Origin: Marsupella aquatica
Lineage: Eukaryota; Plantae; Marchantiophyta
Assembly: GCA_973895155.1 (NCBI GenBank)
Contig: OZ316891.1
Location: 30,075,012-30,139,011 of the forward strand
Length of the DNA stretch: 64,000 nt
Direction of reading: 5' to 3'
Part shown: piece after piece, positions 12,634 through 25,617 of the stretch
Position numbering within the stretch: position 1 is the stretch's first letter
Layout of the letters: every line of letters starts with the position of its first letter
Notes under the pieces: model-generated
Seen by the model: the letters and a program-made list of their open reading frames with translations, nothing else
Database searches by the model: none
Told to the model about the DNA's origin: nothing
Position numbers and translations under genes: made by a program

Positions 12634-15049
12634 AGCCCGTACCCCCAACAACAATTGAGCGATCGATACTTACATTGGTCAACGTACTTAAGTTTCAGCT
12701 AGCCAGGTTATTCCACCATTTTGCTCATGAATTGAAGTTCATGGAAACGACCGGAGCGCGTACTCCTTCCGCACACTTTTGAGGGCCAGTTATGCCCTGG
12801 TTCTACATAAACTTTTACCAGAAACATGGCAGTCAGACCAGATGTATAATTAAGTCCAGCTAGCTCTGAGCTCAAACTCAGTAGATTATACACCAGGAAA
12901 CTTGTATGCACAGATAACTGCAGTTCTCATTTTATTCATTAAATCATCATGGTGAAGGAAATGTATTCGAGTACACCAGGAAATCTTGTATGCACAGATA
13001 ACTGCAGTTCTCAATTTATTAATTAAATCATTAAATTTTATTCATTAAATCATCATGGTGGAGGAAATGTATTCAAGGAAAGATATAACTTTTGTAAGGT
13101 GCAAAGAAACCGCCAAGGCGAAATCTATAATCACCCAAAACCTCAGCCAGCTCATTGCTTTGGGAACAAAGGAGTGCGCTACATTGGTGGATAATACATC
13201 GGACCAACTACAGTCACGCAGAAAATGGTGACCAGCCTGCCTAACGTACACTCTTGAAAGTTGAATACACATCTCGCTCAGTTTTCCCCGGAGTGAAAGT
13301 AGAGATATATACATTAAATACAAACACAGATTTACGGCACCACAAAAAATATGTCTGCCTCCACCTAGCTTAAATCTCATGGCTAAATGAACCCACTAAT
13401 TAAGCCCAACTAAATATCGATATATATTTCTAAAGTATATTCTTATGGTTCTCGTCCATAGGTAGCGCTAATACTGGACTTATCTGATCTTGTAACTAGT
13501 TCATACAATCTAAATGTAAATTAAACTCCATGGATCAGACCTTACGAATCTGTCAATCTTAGAGGCCTACCTGACTATTGTAGCCATTGAAACATTTCAT
13601 TTAATTGCTTTGACACCAAATAAAGGAGCCACCTAGGCCATGAATTAACCGCAGGATTCAAAACAATGCCTCAAACGCAGTCAGGGGAGGACGACAAGCC
13701 GGTCAGAATTCCCGAGCGAAAGAAATCAAACCAGATCGAGAAATCTCATGGTTTAGTTCCAGAGCAGGTCGATGTCTCTGATCTGTGGCACCAGCGTCCA
13801 GCTTGGGCATGTTCACTACCAAGTGACTTATCATATGTCTGTCCAATCTTGTCAATGGCCTACCCACACTACCTCGGGTTGAGTGCAAATGTCCCTCTGT
13901 TTTCCACGTACTGGGCAATTTGGCCTGCAGGTTCATTCTGATCTTTGTGTTCCAGCTTAGACCAAGTTCAAGGAGGATTATCTACAATTGAAGGCCTAGC
14001 TAGAAGCTCTGGCCACACTGCAGGGACTATGGCCTGGTACTAGACAACCTAGGAGGCAAGATTCGATCTCTACTCAAGGCCGTGTTGGGACAATTATCCA
14101 ATGGGATAACAATATCAAATTTAAAACAATAACAAATCTGATATAGGTACGTACCCACAAGACGGGCTGCAAGAACAACATATAGTTCCCATTTCCTCTA
14201 GTGATTCATTAATTAATATATTAATCATATAGCGTCATTGCGTAGGGCTCATGGGATCCAGAACTCAGAGTATTGTTTGACCTAATTTAAGGGTCTACAT
14301 CTTGCTTTTGCAATTAGTTTCTTCCCTCCCTAGTTAGAGCTGTACATAGCGATTAATTCCTCTTGGAGTTCTCGTGCTTCCATTTCTAGCTCTGCAGACA
14401 AGTATATATATTGCAGATATTTAGGGTTTCTATATGCGATCCTCCGTCCAATCTTCCATGCTCCCGATCGATCTCCTGGCCTGCTGATCTAACGAAGTGT
14501 TGAATGCGGCCTGATGCCGATCCATGATCGAGCTAGACGCTGGACAGTACGTGCTTAGTTGTGTCCCCTCTGTACGTGAAAGATAAATGATCATTGACCA
14601 ACATCGGTCGAGAAAGGCCAATTGACTTAATTAACGTGCTTCAGAGTTTTGATGGTACGTAGGCTCTGACCTGGGGTCTAGACCGGCCTACTCGTCGGCC
14701 TACAAGTTGTATGTGAGCCAGAGTTTCGTGGATAAACTCTGCAAACTGAGGCTGAAACAGGAGGTTGTCTCCGTACATAGGTGTACGTAAATCGAGATGA
14801 ACCTCGGCGACCTCATTTATTAAATATCAGTGCAACCGGGTTTCTTGACAAGCTACTATAGCTGCCACCAACAATTTGCTGACAAGCTTGGCGACCCATT
14901 CAAGAAATTGCTAAAGACAGTTCTGTAGGCAGGTAAGGTTTTCAGTGGACTTGATCTAATTAGTTGCCGACATCTTAGCACGTAACGAAGCTAGGTCATG
15001 ACTAGACGTACGAAGCCAACACTCGGAAACACACACATATATATATATA

Positions 15050-16731
15050 CTAGCTCAATACTCGTGCGTTGTACAAAAGTTGTTGTGTCGGCCAAGATGT
15101 CCTTAAGACAAAAGATGTCGTGTCGGCCCAAGATGTCGTTAAGAAAATAGAGGTCGTGTCCAGGGTCGTGTTGCCAATGATGTTGTTATGTAAAAGATGT
15201 CATTAAAAAAAGAAGTTGTGTCGCCAAAGAAGTCTTTATGTAAACGATGTCATCAAGTAAGAAGATGTCATTAAAACAAAGAAGTTGTGTCACCAAAGAA
15301 GTTGTTATGTGACAAATATCGTAAGAGGATGTCAAGTAAAAATATGTCGTTAAAAAGAGTTGGGCAGGGGAGAAGGGAAGAGGGGGAGAGTGGGGCGAGG
15401 CAGGGCCATCCCGGGTAATCGGGTTGGGGAAGGAGGGTGGTGGGAGGTTGACCGCAAGAATGCAGCAGTCTACGGTCGGCGTGCGGAGCAAGGCGGTAGG
15501 GTGGTCGCCCCACTCATAGTAGAGGCTGGCCGCACAACATTTTACTTGCCTCCGCTCAGTGCTGTCGCCGCAATCAGATGGAAGTTGACCTCAGGAGCTG
15601 GTGTGAGGGCCATTTTTGGTCTCTATTGCTTTGGTTTTTTCCATACTGAATTTCCTACACCCAAATTGGCCCTGTAAATTCAAATGACAACCATGGCAAA
15701 AAAAAGGCACAACACCTTATTATAGTTTTTGATGTTGTCAAATGTGGTTGTCCCTTTATATATGTGTCCCAAAACCCTGTCACCCCAGCCAAGAGTGGTT
15801 TGGCCCCCAACTCCTTGTTATCTCATCCAAATATATATTGAATTTTGCCAAGTATATTTGTTTTTATAAAATGATTTCATTCATATGAGTACCAAGGTGA
15901 ATGGGTGTATACACTTTCCTTGCATTGCATGCACATCAAATGTACATTGAGGCAGGGTCAATACAAATAAGACAATGGCCTGGGAGGGATTAGATAAAAG
16001 AGTGTATTTTTGAATACTATGATGGCATCAAAAGGAAGTACTTTACCTGCTAAAGTGATGAGGAATATCAAGAAGTATTTTGCTCCCTTCATATTTGCAT
16101 TGCATGCACATCAGGTGTACATTGAGGCAGGGTCAATACAAATAAGACAATGGCCTGGGAGGGATTAGATAAAAGAATGTATTTTTGAATACTATGATGG
16201 CATCAAAAGGAAGTACTTTACCTGCTAAAGTGATAAGGAATATCAAGAAGTATTCTGCTCCCTTCATATTTTGCTGTGGGTTTATTTTTATTTGTTCTCT
16301 TAGCTTTGCTTTGCATATTTGATTTCTTTCACTTGGCTTGGAAATGTAAATTTTGAATGACAGATCACTTCAAAAAGTGGCGCAAGTGTGTATTATTGGA
16401 GTTAATTTGTAATTGACATAGATTATCATGGGGGTACTTGATATGAATGTCTAGGTATGGAAAGTTCTATGTCTATGCATGGATGGTTTCCTATGCATTG
16501 ATAGTACTATATTTATATGTCCAGAAAGTACTTGATTATTGTGCATTGGTATTCCTGGCATTCCCCCTTATTTCTTGATTGGAAAACGTGCACTCTTTAC
16601 TTCACACTAAACATTATTCAATTTTGGTTTATTCCTTCTGTTTGTCAGATTCTTTGATTTTTGTGCCCTTAATATTCAAATGACTACCACGGCATAAAAA
16701 GGCGCAACCTTGTATTATAGTTCTTAATATA
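15050..16731 (-). mobile_element. Non-autonomous Helitron (~1.7 kb)
   Basis: Absent from the equivalent site at ~53480 (GGTAACA|TTCTAGC), so inserted at A|T with no TSD. Minus-strand 3' end GTACAACGCACGAGTATTGAG-CTAG-T. Has an internal ~176-bp duplication (15921-16270) and AAGATGTC repeats. Confidence 0.75.
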
Positions 16732-17808
16732 TTCTAGCTTGTGTCCCTCGCTGGCTATGTCTGCCCTCGACTTCGGTACGTTCTGCTGAACATCCTCGGC
16801 TGTCTAGATTTTTAGTCTGTCATGTCCTCTGACTTGTGAGTGAAAGGTTTTATAAGAAGTGAAGCCAATTCTATAAACACTCTGAGATGTCTCGAAAGTC
16901 GCTAATTATAAATCATAATTTATTAATCCAATAAATCGATAATATTGATTTTCTACATATAATTAATACGCTCATATACAAAAATCAAAAGGAAATATGA
17001 CTACTGGGTACCAGGGAGGAGTCTCTTCACACAATGATTACTACTTTACAAAGAATTAGTGGGGCCCTCACTGATCGAGTGTATCTTAACAGGCTTTCAA
17101 GATCAACTTTTTACGTCTAGCTAGTACATGGTGGGCTGAGGGATAGTCGATCATCCTAGTTGTGGACCATGGAGAAAATGAGATGTCTCATTAGATACAT
17201 TCTAAGTCTAGATGATGCAACATTTGCTATGCTTTCAATTTAACTAACAAATAAAAGTCAATTTTCTGAAGATTTAGATCCGATGTCCATTTTTTCATAT
17301 ACAGATTGGCTATGGCATATATTCATCCATTCCAAGCTTTGATAGTTGTGACGCACAATCCAAGCTTTCTTGTAGCATCATTTACCGCACTCGCAGATAT
17401 CAATTTGAGATCGAAATAATTCCACTGTAGAGAAAAGGTACTCGGTGAAGATTCACAATTAACAGCAATCGAACTCAACTTGAGGTAGCTATTATAAAAT
17501 CCACTTGGATTGGTCGAATATAGTAAATATAATATAAAGTACAATGCTACAAAGTTCAACGGTTTAGACATGAATTAACATAGAGAAAATACTCAACAGT
17601 CGACTTCAATCCGATACATATATAAGCACTCAGGTACTGCACTACTGGAGCTAAACTCTCTAAATACAGGGGGTGCCAATTTAGTACCCGGGCCAATCAC
17701 CTATACTGATCCACTCCTTTGGGTGATAAGGCTACGTTTAGCGGCAAAATACCAACAAGATGGCCTGCTAGGAGCATGTTTGCAGCGCGCGCGCACGTAT
17801 CATATCAG

Positions 17809-18923
17809 TCAAAGCTGAACAGTACCCATAAATGGTTGGAAAAGGCTTAGCCCATCAGACAAATCTCCAGAGTCTGGCACTTTCTCCCACAGAACCTCTT
17901 TTTTCTCACTGCTAAAACCTTTGCTTTGAATCATGCTTGACTGGTAGGAAGCTGCGTTATTAGTCCATTGCACTGCTGCTACAAGCTCATTACTCGCATG
18001 AACGGTAAGCGTTGTCTGCACATCCAATTGGTGATTCTCTCCAAGGCCAACCCAGGACATTGAATGTTGCTGTCTCCATGAATTGGTGCCCATGTCATAA
18101 ACATGGACGCCAAGGATATTCATGGAATAGAGATTCCCTTGAAAAGTGAACACATTTCCATTTTCTACGTCAGCAGGTAGGTTTACAGCTCTCCAAGCAT
18201 CCGTAGCTGGATGATAAATCTGCCAAGAGGCCGAGGAAGCTGTTTCTCCATGTCCGCCACGCAATAGAAACTCCTCTCCCATTGTCAGAACTTGATTAAA
18301 AACCTGCCCATGATTCATGGCCTTTATTAAGGACCACGTGTTGTACTTGGGGTCGTACATCTCTGATGAAGATGTAGGTGTTCCTTCGTGAGAGATTCCC
18401 CCAAACACATAAATTTTGCCACTTAGCACACCACATCCAAAGAATCGTCTGCCTTCTAGCATATCTGCAAGCTTTCTCCACTCCTCTGCCCGGCCCTCAG
18501 ATCCAGTATATAAAGACTTTTGGCGACAGCCACCTTGAAGCCCGACAGTTCACAAGGTCCTCCCAACGCAAATATCTTCCCATCCAATGGAATGACTTGC
18601 CACGACCGTGGGAGTACAGTTTCGAAATCTGGGATCGGAGGAAGGTTACGGAAAGTCTTCTCTCGGGTGGAATACAGAGAAATGCTGTTTTCTCCTTGAT
18701 CAACGCGGTCAGGAATAACTACTAGTGTCTCCGTTGACTGCGACCCAACTCTTGTATCGTGCACCAGTCCACTTTGAATTGCCTTTCGCCAACTAGTGCT
18801 TACTCCAGATAAAACTGAAAGCATTTCCCACGGCAACTTTGTAGCAATGTCGCTTAAGCTCACGTCATTTGGAAGACCAGGAAGCAGCTCGTCAAGCAAT
18901 GGAAAGACATCCTTGGATTCCAT
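17809..18923 (-). pseudogene. F-box/Kelch-repeat gene, copy 2 (1-bp frameshift)
   Basis: 1,115 nt versus 1,116 nt in intact copies. CACTCCTCTG at ~18483 versus CACTCCCTCTG in copies 3 and 4 splits it into ORFs 18456-18974 and 17809-18462. Confidence 0.8.
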
Positions 18924-20672
18924 AACGAATGAATACACAAGGAATGAAATTTGCAAGTTGATTCCCAACGACAATTCCTGATGGACCTTCTATTGTAGAC
19001 TGTTTGTCAAGACTTAAGACTTGGATAAATTTCGAGTCTTGGATCGGAACTTAACAATATGTCTGCAGGACGCGAATAACTTTCAATAATAGACAAACGT
19101 AAAATGAGAAGAATGACTAAAGCAACAACCTCCTCTGTATCCTAAGCAGGGAAGCTAGAGAAAGGCAGAGAGAGAGTGATCGATCTGTGGAGAAGTGATG
19201 GGCCCCAGCCCCTTAAATAGGTAAGTAGCCGAAGATGTTGAAGGGTTACTGATCGATGACAAAAATGAAGCCTCACTGATTAAAGACTATGTACCGAAGA
19301 TTCTCCATTCTATTAATTAGTCCCGGCAAAACGCCTAGTACGTCTTTCATTTTGATATTCACGATTGCGCGGCACGTAGGGCCGGGAAAGGACTAACCCT
19401 CGCATCCAAACATATGCCTTACCACATACACTAGGTTGTCCCGGCCACCTTGCTAGTCTCATGTTAGTAGTCAATCAGATCGACATGATTGCAGCCCTTG
19501 TGTGCCTCACATCCAAACAACTTGACGTCGCTGGCTTAATTATTAACCGATCGAATCATGAACGGAAGGAAGGAAATGTTGCCGGCTTGGCTTTCTCGCT
19601 GCGCTTCCTTAATTTCCCCTATGTTTCGATCAGCCTACAGATCGAAGGAAGGATGGATGTAATATTGTTTGAATATATAAAGTCAAAACCTGAGAGGAGA
19701 TATTGTCCTGAGTAACTGTATTTTTTACTTTTCATCTAGAATGCATGTTACACTGACTAATGACTGACGAGTTGAGGAAGGACGTTGTCATGAATCATGG
19801 GATCACTGAAGAATACATGACTGATCGAAGAGTGTACGAAGGAGAGGTGATGAATGACCTGGGATTGCTAGCGAGGGAACCCGATCATTTGAGACGAACA
19901 CGGACTGACTTGAGACGTGATGCGTTTATCAATGTATATAAGGCGATAAGTTGACGTCTAGAGCAAGAGCTCTCCAGGCCATTCCTGCAGACGTCTGGGT
20001 ATTTAATTGCTTGCTGAGGGTGCTTTCAAGTAGCGGAGTACGTATTTGAAGCTACTACTCTACCCAAGAGCTAGTAGTGCCTTGTATTCTATCAAAAGGC
20101 GATTTGTTTAGACTTTTGTGTTCAATTAATCGCAACGGGTTCAATCGTGAAATAGAGATCAGCACCAAGGAGCAGCCGGTCGGAGATTGGGATCGAAGCT
20201 TCTTAAAAGCGCGCGCAGAAATAGCAATTTGCTTGGTCCCTTCTTTTATAAACGCGAGAAATTAAGGTACATGATTGATCAATATGGAGAGTCGGAACTC
20301 TAGCGAATATATAATACTGGCAAATCTCCTCAAGAATGGTCTCGCCTGCCTTTGAAGTCTAGCAGTATGGAGACAGCATGCACGGCGGATCTTCGAGAAC
20401 GCAGAGAGCGCAAAGACTGGTTTCGTTGTGGAGTGCGGCATCTCTGGAGACTCGTCAGCACCGTTTTTCCAACTTCGTGACTCCCCGAGGACTCCAGTTG
20501 TGACACTAGTGCAATTGAATCTGGGCATCCCAGGTTTTCTTCGTACGTCAATAAGAGGGTAATTCAACCGGATGTCAAAAAGAAGCTAGTCGTGTTCACA
20601 GTGAACAAGAAGTTACCCAACAGGAAAGCCCTGATGTTTGAGCTGACAATGTCCAAGAAGAAATCATCCCAT

Positions 20673-20900
20673 CACAGGAAAACTTTCCTGCTTTGCACAG
20701 ATGACTTTTGAGAAATGCACCGTCATCTCATGCACAGAGGTGAAAAGGTAAAATGCACTTAAGAATGGTGTGGAAATTATATTTACACCGAATCTAAGTG
20801 CAGAAATCTCCCATAGTGACTTTGCACCAGTATCGGCTTTTAACTTGTCGAGCTTTACGTGCAAAACCCTGCGGAAGTTAAAACAAAGTGCAAATCTTGA
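20673..20900. repeat. Left TIR and subterminal TTTGCAC/GTGCAAA motifs
   Basis: TTTGCAC at 20692 and 20821, GTGCAAA at 20859 and 20888, plus several ATGCAC variants. Confidence 0.65.
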
Positions 20901-22312
20901 GAAGGGAGGAGTAGTACGAACGTGACAGAGTTCAATAAGAAAATCGAACTGCATGTGTACATTGACACATGACAGGAATATGACTGAAGAGATTTCTTGT
21001 AATTAAGCTTGGCAAAACTTTGGGACTTTTGAGAGCAGATTAATTCTAATTACTGGAGGCGAGGATGGCAGAGAAACCACGGCCGCCTCTATAACTTTGT
21101 ACCTGTACCAATCAACATATCGATAGTCTTTAAAGCAACTGTAAGTTCTTAAAGCTAATTCACATACAGTCTTCCCTTGTCGTTGTCGTCGAGATTCAGC
21201 CATTGTGGTGGATCCTTATCAGGGAAAGTAGCACTCAGATCCATTGGCGAAATTCAGTGGACAGATAAATTCACACAACAGCACCTCTAGGGTCGCCCGG
21301 GTATCACAAAACTTTTGTGGGTGAACCGGCTACATACTCAAGTACGTGGCTGGTTGAGATGTTTGCGCAGGTACTCTGCTTCATCGAAAGGCCACTGATA
21401 GTCAGTAACTTGCTGAAAGAATTGTAAACAGCTGAATTTTACATGATTGAGCATGAACGAAGGCTTGAACTATATACCATGAGATGATCTAGCAGGTTTC
21501 AAAACATACTGAAGCGCTTCCCTCTATTTAATTGCTAATTGCTCTGAAACACATGCAGATTATACAAAGGAGGGATAACTTGTATCCTCTACAAAGAAAA
21601 TTCACTGATACAACTACAAGTGACCTTCCTCCAAACTGGTATGATCGAGAAGCCTGAGAACTAAGCATCTAGCGCATAAGAATTTTGCTTTGCATCACTG
21701 GCCTCCTGGTGGGATAGCAAGCCTAATTAAGATTCAGGATAAATAGAATTTACTAACTAGCTACAATGGCACACTTATTCAAAGACTAAAGCACAACGGT
21801 GAGAAACCCCCTGTATTGATCAGGGAGGCATTAAGAAGAAGAGACTGACCTCACATATGTAAGAGATCAACCGCTGTATAATTCATTCGAAGCAACTCCT
21901 TTCTATTTTTCTCATGTTGATATGCTTCTGCTCTGCCGCACTGCAAATTAAGAAGTGTACAGCATCATCTCACGTCATTGTAGAATTATTGACATACTAT
22001 GCAAAGTGAAATTATTTTTCATGTGCTTACCACCTACTAAACTCCTATCAACCTGTGACTCCTTCAATTTCACCACAAAGAACTCAAGACAAATTCTTTA
22101 AGACAGTAGCTAAAATGGATGTGACCCAGGAAGTAACTCACCTGCCAGTGGCCTCAAATTGATTAGCTTTGTAATATCTGTCATGATCAGGTATGTGGAG
22201 CCTCCTTGGTCTCACAAGCTTGGGTCCTGGCTTCTGAGCAAGAAGTGGATCAAAATCTATTCTGGAATCACTCTATTATTGCAAGAAGAGTGTGGATATG
22301 ACCCATGCCTAG

Positions 22313-25048
22313 CTAGCACTCTCCTATCAGATATCTTGATTTATTGTACAAACCAGGTTGTCTAGGGGGAGCTTTTAACTGGTCCCGTTTCAAAAACAAA
22401 CTGCTGGTCCAATTTTTTGGTGCTTTCCATCTCATGGTGGTGGACCCTCTCAAATCTATTTTTGAAAACAAGGTAGGGTCCAGAACTGTCATAATGTTTT
22501 GCCACAGCAAAGTAAAAACTTCATCTGGAGAAAATACCTTGAAGAACTCATGCTCACTAACCTCATAAGCACTTGATTGATCAGGAGCTAGCCAAAGTAC
22601 TTCTACTTTCCTATCTCTATTTTGCAGTTCAATATTTTCTGCATCATAGTGAACCTTAACGATGTATGCCAAATAGAAATTTGCATGAGGTCCACTAGCA
22701 GTTAGTGAAACAATGACAACATCGTTGCACAAAGGCCATGGAGGGCAACACCCAGGTTTCCCAGGCACTAACAAATGCGTTCGGAGAACAGCATCTTGAA
22801 ACTCAAATGCCACAATTGCTTTTTTACCTCTAGGTTCTTGTTTTGTTGGGTGTGAAATGAATCTATGCCTAAGGCTAAACACTGGAAAGACCTTACTTCC
22901 AAGGCTTTCACTTGGGTCATCCAGAAGCAAATTCATGTCTGTATTATCTGTTTTGAACAACACTTCCTCACCACCATCCCCTTCTATGGACACCTCAGTA
23001 TAGCAACAGGCCTCAAAAAAAATCTGGTAGTGACTGTCAAATGCATGGATGAAAAAAGATTTAATTCTACATTTCAACAATGGCCTCTCCTTGTTGCTAT
23101 TCTCAACCACTGCAAGGTCATTCTTCCTGTAGTGCACTCCATCAACAACAACCCCTCGAATAATCTCAATTCGAGGCCTGAACAGGTAGTCATTAGTAAG
23201 GTTCAGAACATTTTCAGCCACCCAATGTGACCTAAGATGTTGTGAAATCTCTCCATCTGGAAATATATCAACCTCCAAACCTTCGTTTGGCCCTATGCCA
23301 ATTCCTTTGGCTACAACCTGTATGCAAGAAGAGTCAAAGCGACCCATATATTGCACCAAGGTCCACAACTGAGTTGCTTTCTCTATACTAGTCACCATAG
23401 ACACCTTGTTTTTGTACAATGTGGGACTCAGAAAATCTCCCACTGCAAGTCCAACTATACGTGGATACAAAGAGCACTGTAATATATGCAACGTTCTCTG
23501 GTCCCTGTGGAGTCCATCTTTGTCTTGCTGCAATTGAAAAAAAAATTCTGAAAATTGTTGACGGCAAAAGTATTGTGCAAAACTCATTTCACTCGATTTA
23601 CTGTTTGTAGTGATGTTGTTGTATCCACTAACCATACGCTCGAAGCCATAACACCAGAATATATCATGATGGCCATGTCGAACTATGTCGTCCAAAATTT
23701 CACCATTCCCTGGAAAACCAGGCAAGTACTTACATCAATGGCAACTACAACAGTCACAAAGTCTAAAGTAAAAGCTACACATCAGTATTTAAAAGTTCAA
23801 ATGGATCATTCAATAATATTTAGTTCAAAATAAATTTATGGTATTATTAACTTTATAGTAGAAACAGTGTTCTTACATACCAGTGACATGCTCCACTATT
23901 CGCCCAGTTGGGCCATATGCTTCTTCTGTAAGCACTCTCCAAGCAGAAAGATGAAGTCTTGCATTCTGAAGCATATCAATTGTCCATCCATGTTTTCTTG
24001 AAACAAGAAAAAACATTCTGCTCAAGCGAATGAGAATTGCACCTTCTGCACCAAGGGGAGTGGCAAGAGTGTGCCCCAATTCTTCCAAGATAGGAGCCGC
24101 ACAGTACATTGTGAATAATAAGTGTTCCTCTGCTTTATAATTGGAAAACTTCCATTTTGATCCCATACCTAGTACATTTTTCACGTACAGAGGAGGACGT
24201 GGCCAGCAAGCCCCTAGTCCAATTGGCGGATTGTTAGTTACAATCTGTAAGACCTTCATCAGCTTCTTCACCTCCGCAGCATTACAAGATTGTAACAAAC
24301 TGTCATTATAAGTTTTGAACACCCCAAGTGCCAAGCAATGCATTGGATCATTGACTAAATCAAGTGATATGTCAAATCCATGAGTATCATATAAGGACCA
24401 CATATCTGAATAGTGTGACAAACCACTCTGTCTCTTGTACTCTGTTTTCTGTTCTTCATTGGTAGCTTCTCTCAAGCATTTGCCAAAATAATACATGCCT
24501 TCTACATCCCTTTTGATTGGTGGGAATCGAACCTGCTTTCTGTTTTGACTGTAAACTACTACTTTTTTCTTTCCTTTATTTGACAGAATGCTTTCTGAAT
24601 ACAAGAGATCACGTCTACAGCCATTGTATCCCATCAATAAAGTACCTCCAATCTTACTTTGGGCTGGCCCATCACCAGTCCACAGCATGGGTATTACTCG
24701 AACAATTATGTGCCTGTCCCTATTATTTGGCATGAGTGAAGGCACAGGATAATCTAACTTCACAGGGAAGCCATTGACAAAACTATTTTGAAAGTCAGCC
24801 CACAGGGGTTTCAGAAAAGCTTGTAACAAGTGATGTTCTTTTTTTCTTTGTAATAACTTAGAGGACATAGGAATAAAAAGTAGAGGAATAGGCCTTGCAA
24901 TTTTTGAATCAGGTAATACTCTTTTCCCACCATTCAGGATAGTAATTTCCACTGTCCAGCAATCCTTTTGAACAGTGGTTGCAGCTTGAAAGCCATCCCA
25001 ATGTCCCATCACAACTATGTTAAATGGTGAACCCATGAGCTCCGCTTG
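22313..25048 (-). CDS. CACTA/EnSpm TnpD-like DDE transposase, 5'-truncated; exons ~25048-23881 and 23709-22313, possibly further small 3' exons
   Basis: Motifs NIVVMGHWDGFQ, AFLKPLWADF..SFVNG, RVIPMLWTGDGPAQSKIGG...GYNGC, DPMHCLALGVFK, YKAEE and DDIVRHG..IFWCYGFERM. A GT..AG intron at 23880-23710 joins the two ORFs in frame (EHVTG|NGEILDD). Confidence 0.85.
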
Positions 25049-25617
25049 TGTAACATGGATTCCTTGAGTAGTGCAAGGTGCGTTGGCTTGACATACGTGT
25101 GTGATCGGATCGGTGCAGGATCGATGGGGTATTGTTGACCGAGATCGTTGTGCCGATTGTATGGAGATTATTGTGGGTTTTGGACATGTGTGGACATGAG
25201 TTCCACTTGTATTCCATTCTCTTGTATTTGTGATGTGGCAGTGTGACTATGTCTGGATGTATGTGACAAGCGATGTATGTTGTGTAGCGAGGAGATTTTA
25301 ATATTTGTTGTGCCAAGGAGATACGAGGAGGCAAGATGTGGAAGGGGAGACCCCTTAAAACTGAAAAAGGAGGAGGGGTGTTGACCAAGTTAAGGAGAAG
25401 GGGGGATGCACATGGATGGGAGTTGGTGTCTTCCAAAATTTTAATATTTGTTGTGCCAAGGAGATACGAGGATGCAAGATGTGGAAGGGGAGACCCCTTA
25501 AAACTGAAAAAGGAGGAGGGGTGTTGACCAAGTTAAGGAGAAGGGGGGATGCACATGGATGGGAAGACAGGGAGGGGGAGCTCAATGGATGACAAAAGGG
25601 GAACAACCTCCTTTACA
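25049..25617. mobile_element. Solo-LTR-like segment abutting the truncated transposase 5' end
   Basis: Begins TGTAA and ends TTACA, with an internal ~140-bp tandem duplication (25296-25563). No matching TSD (GCTTG vs CAATG). Confidence 0.4.
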
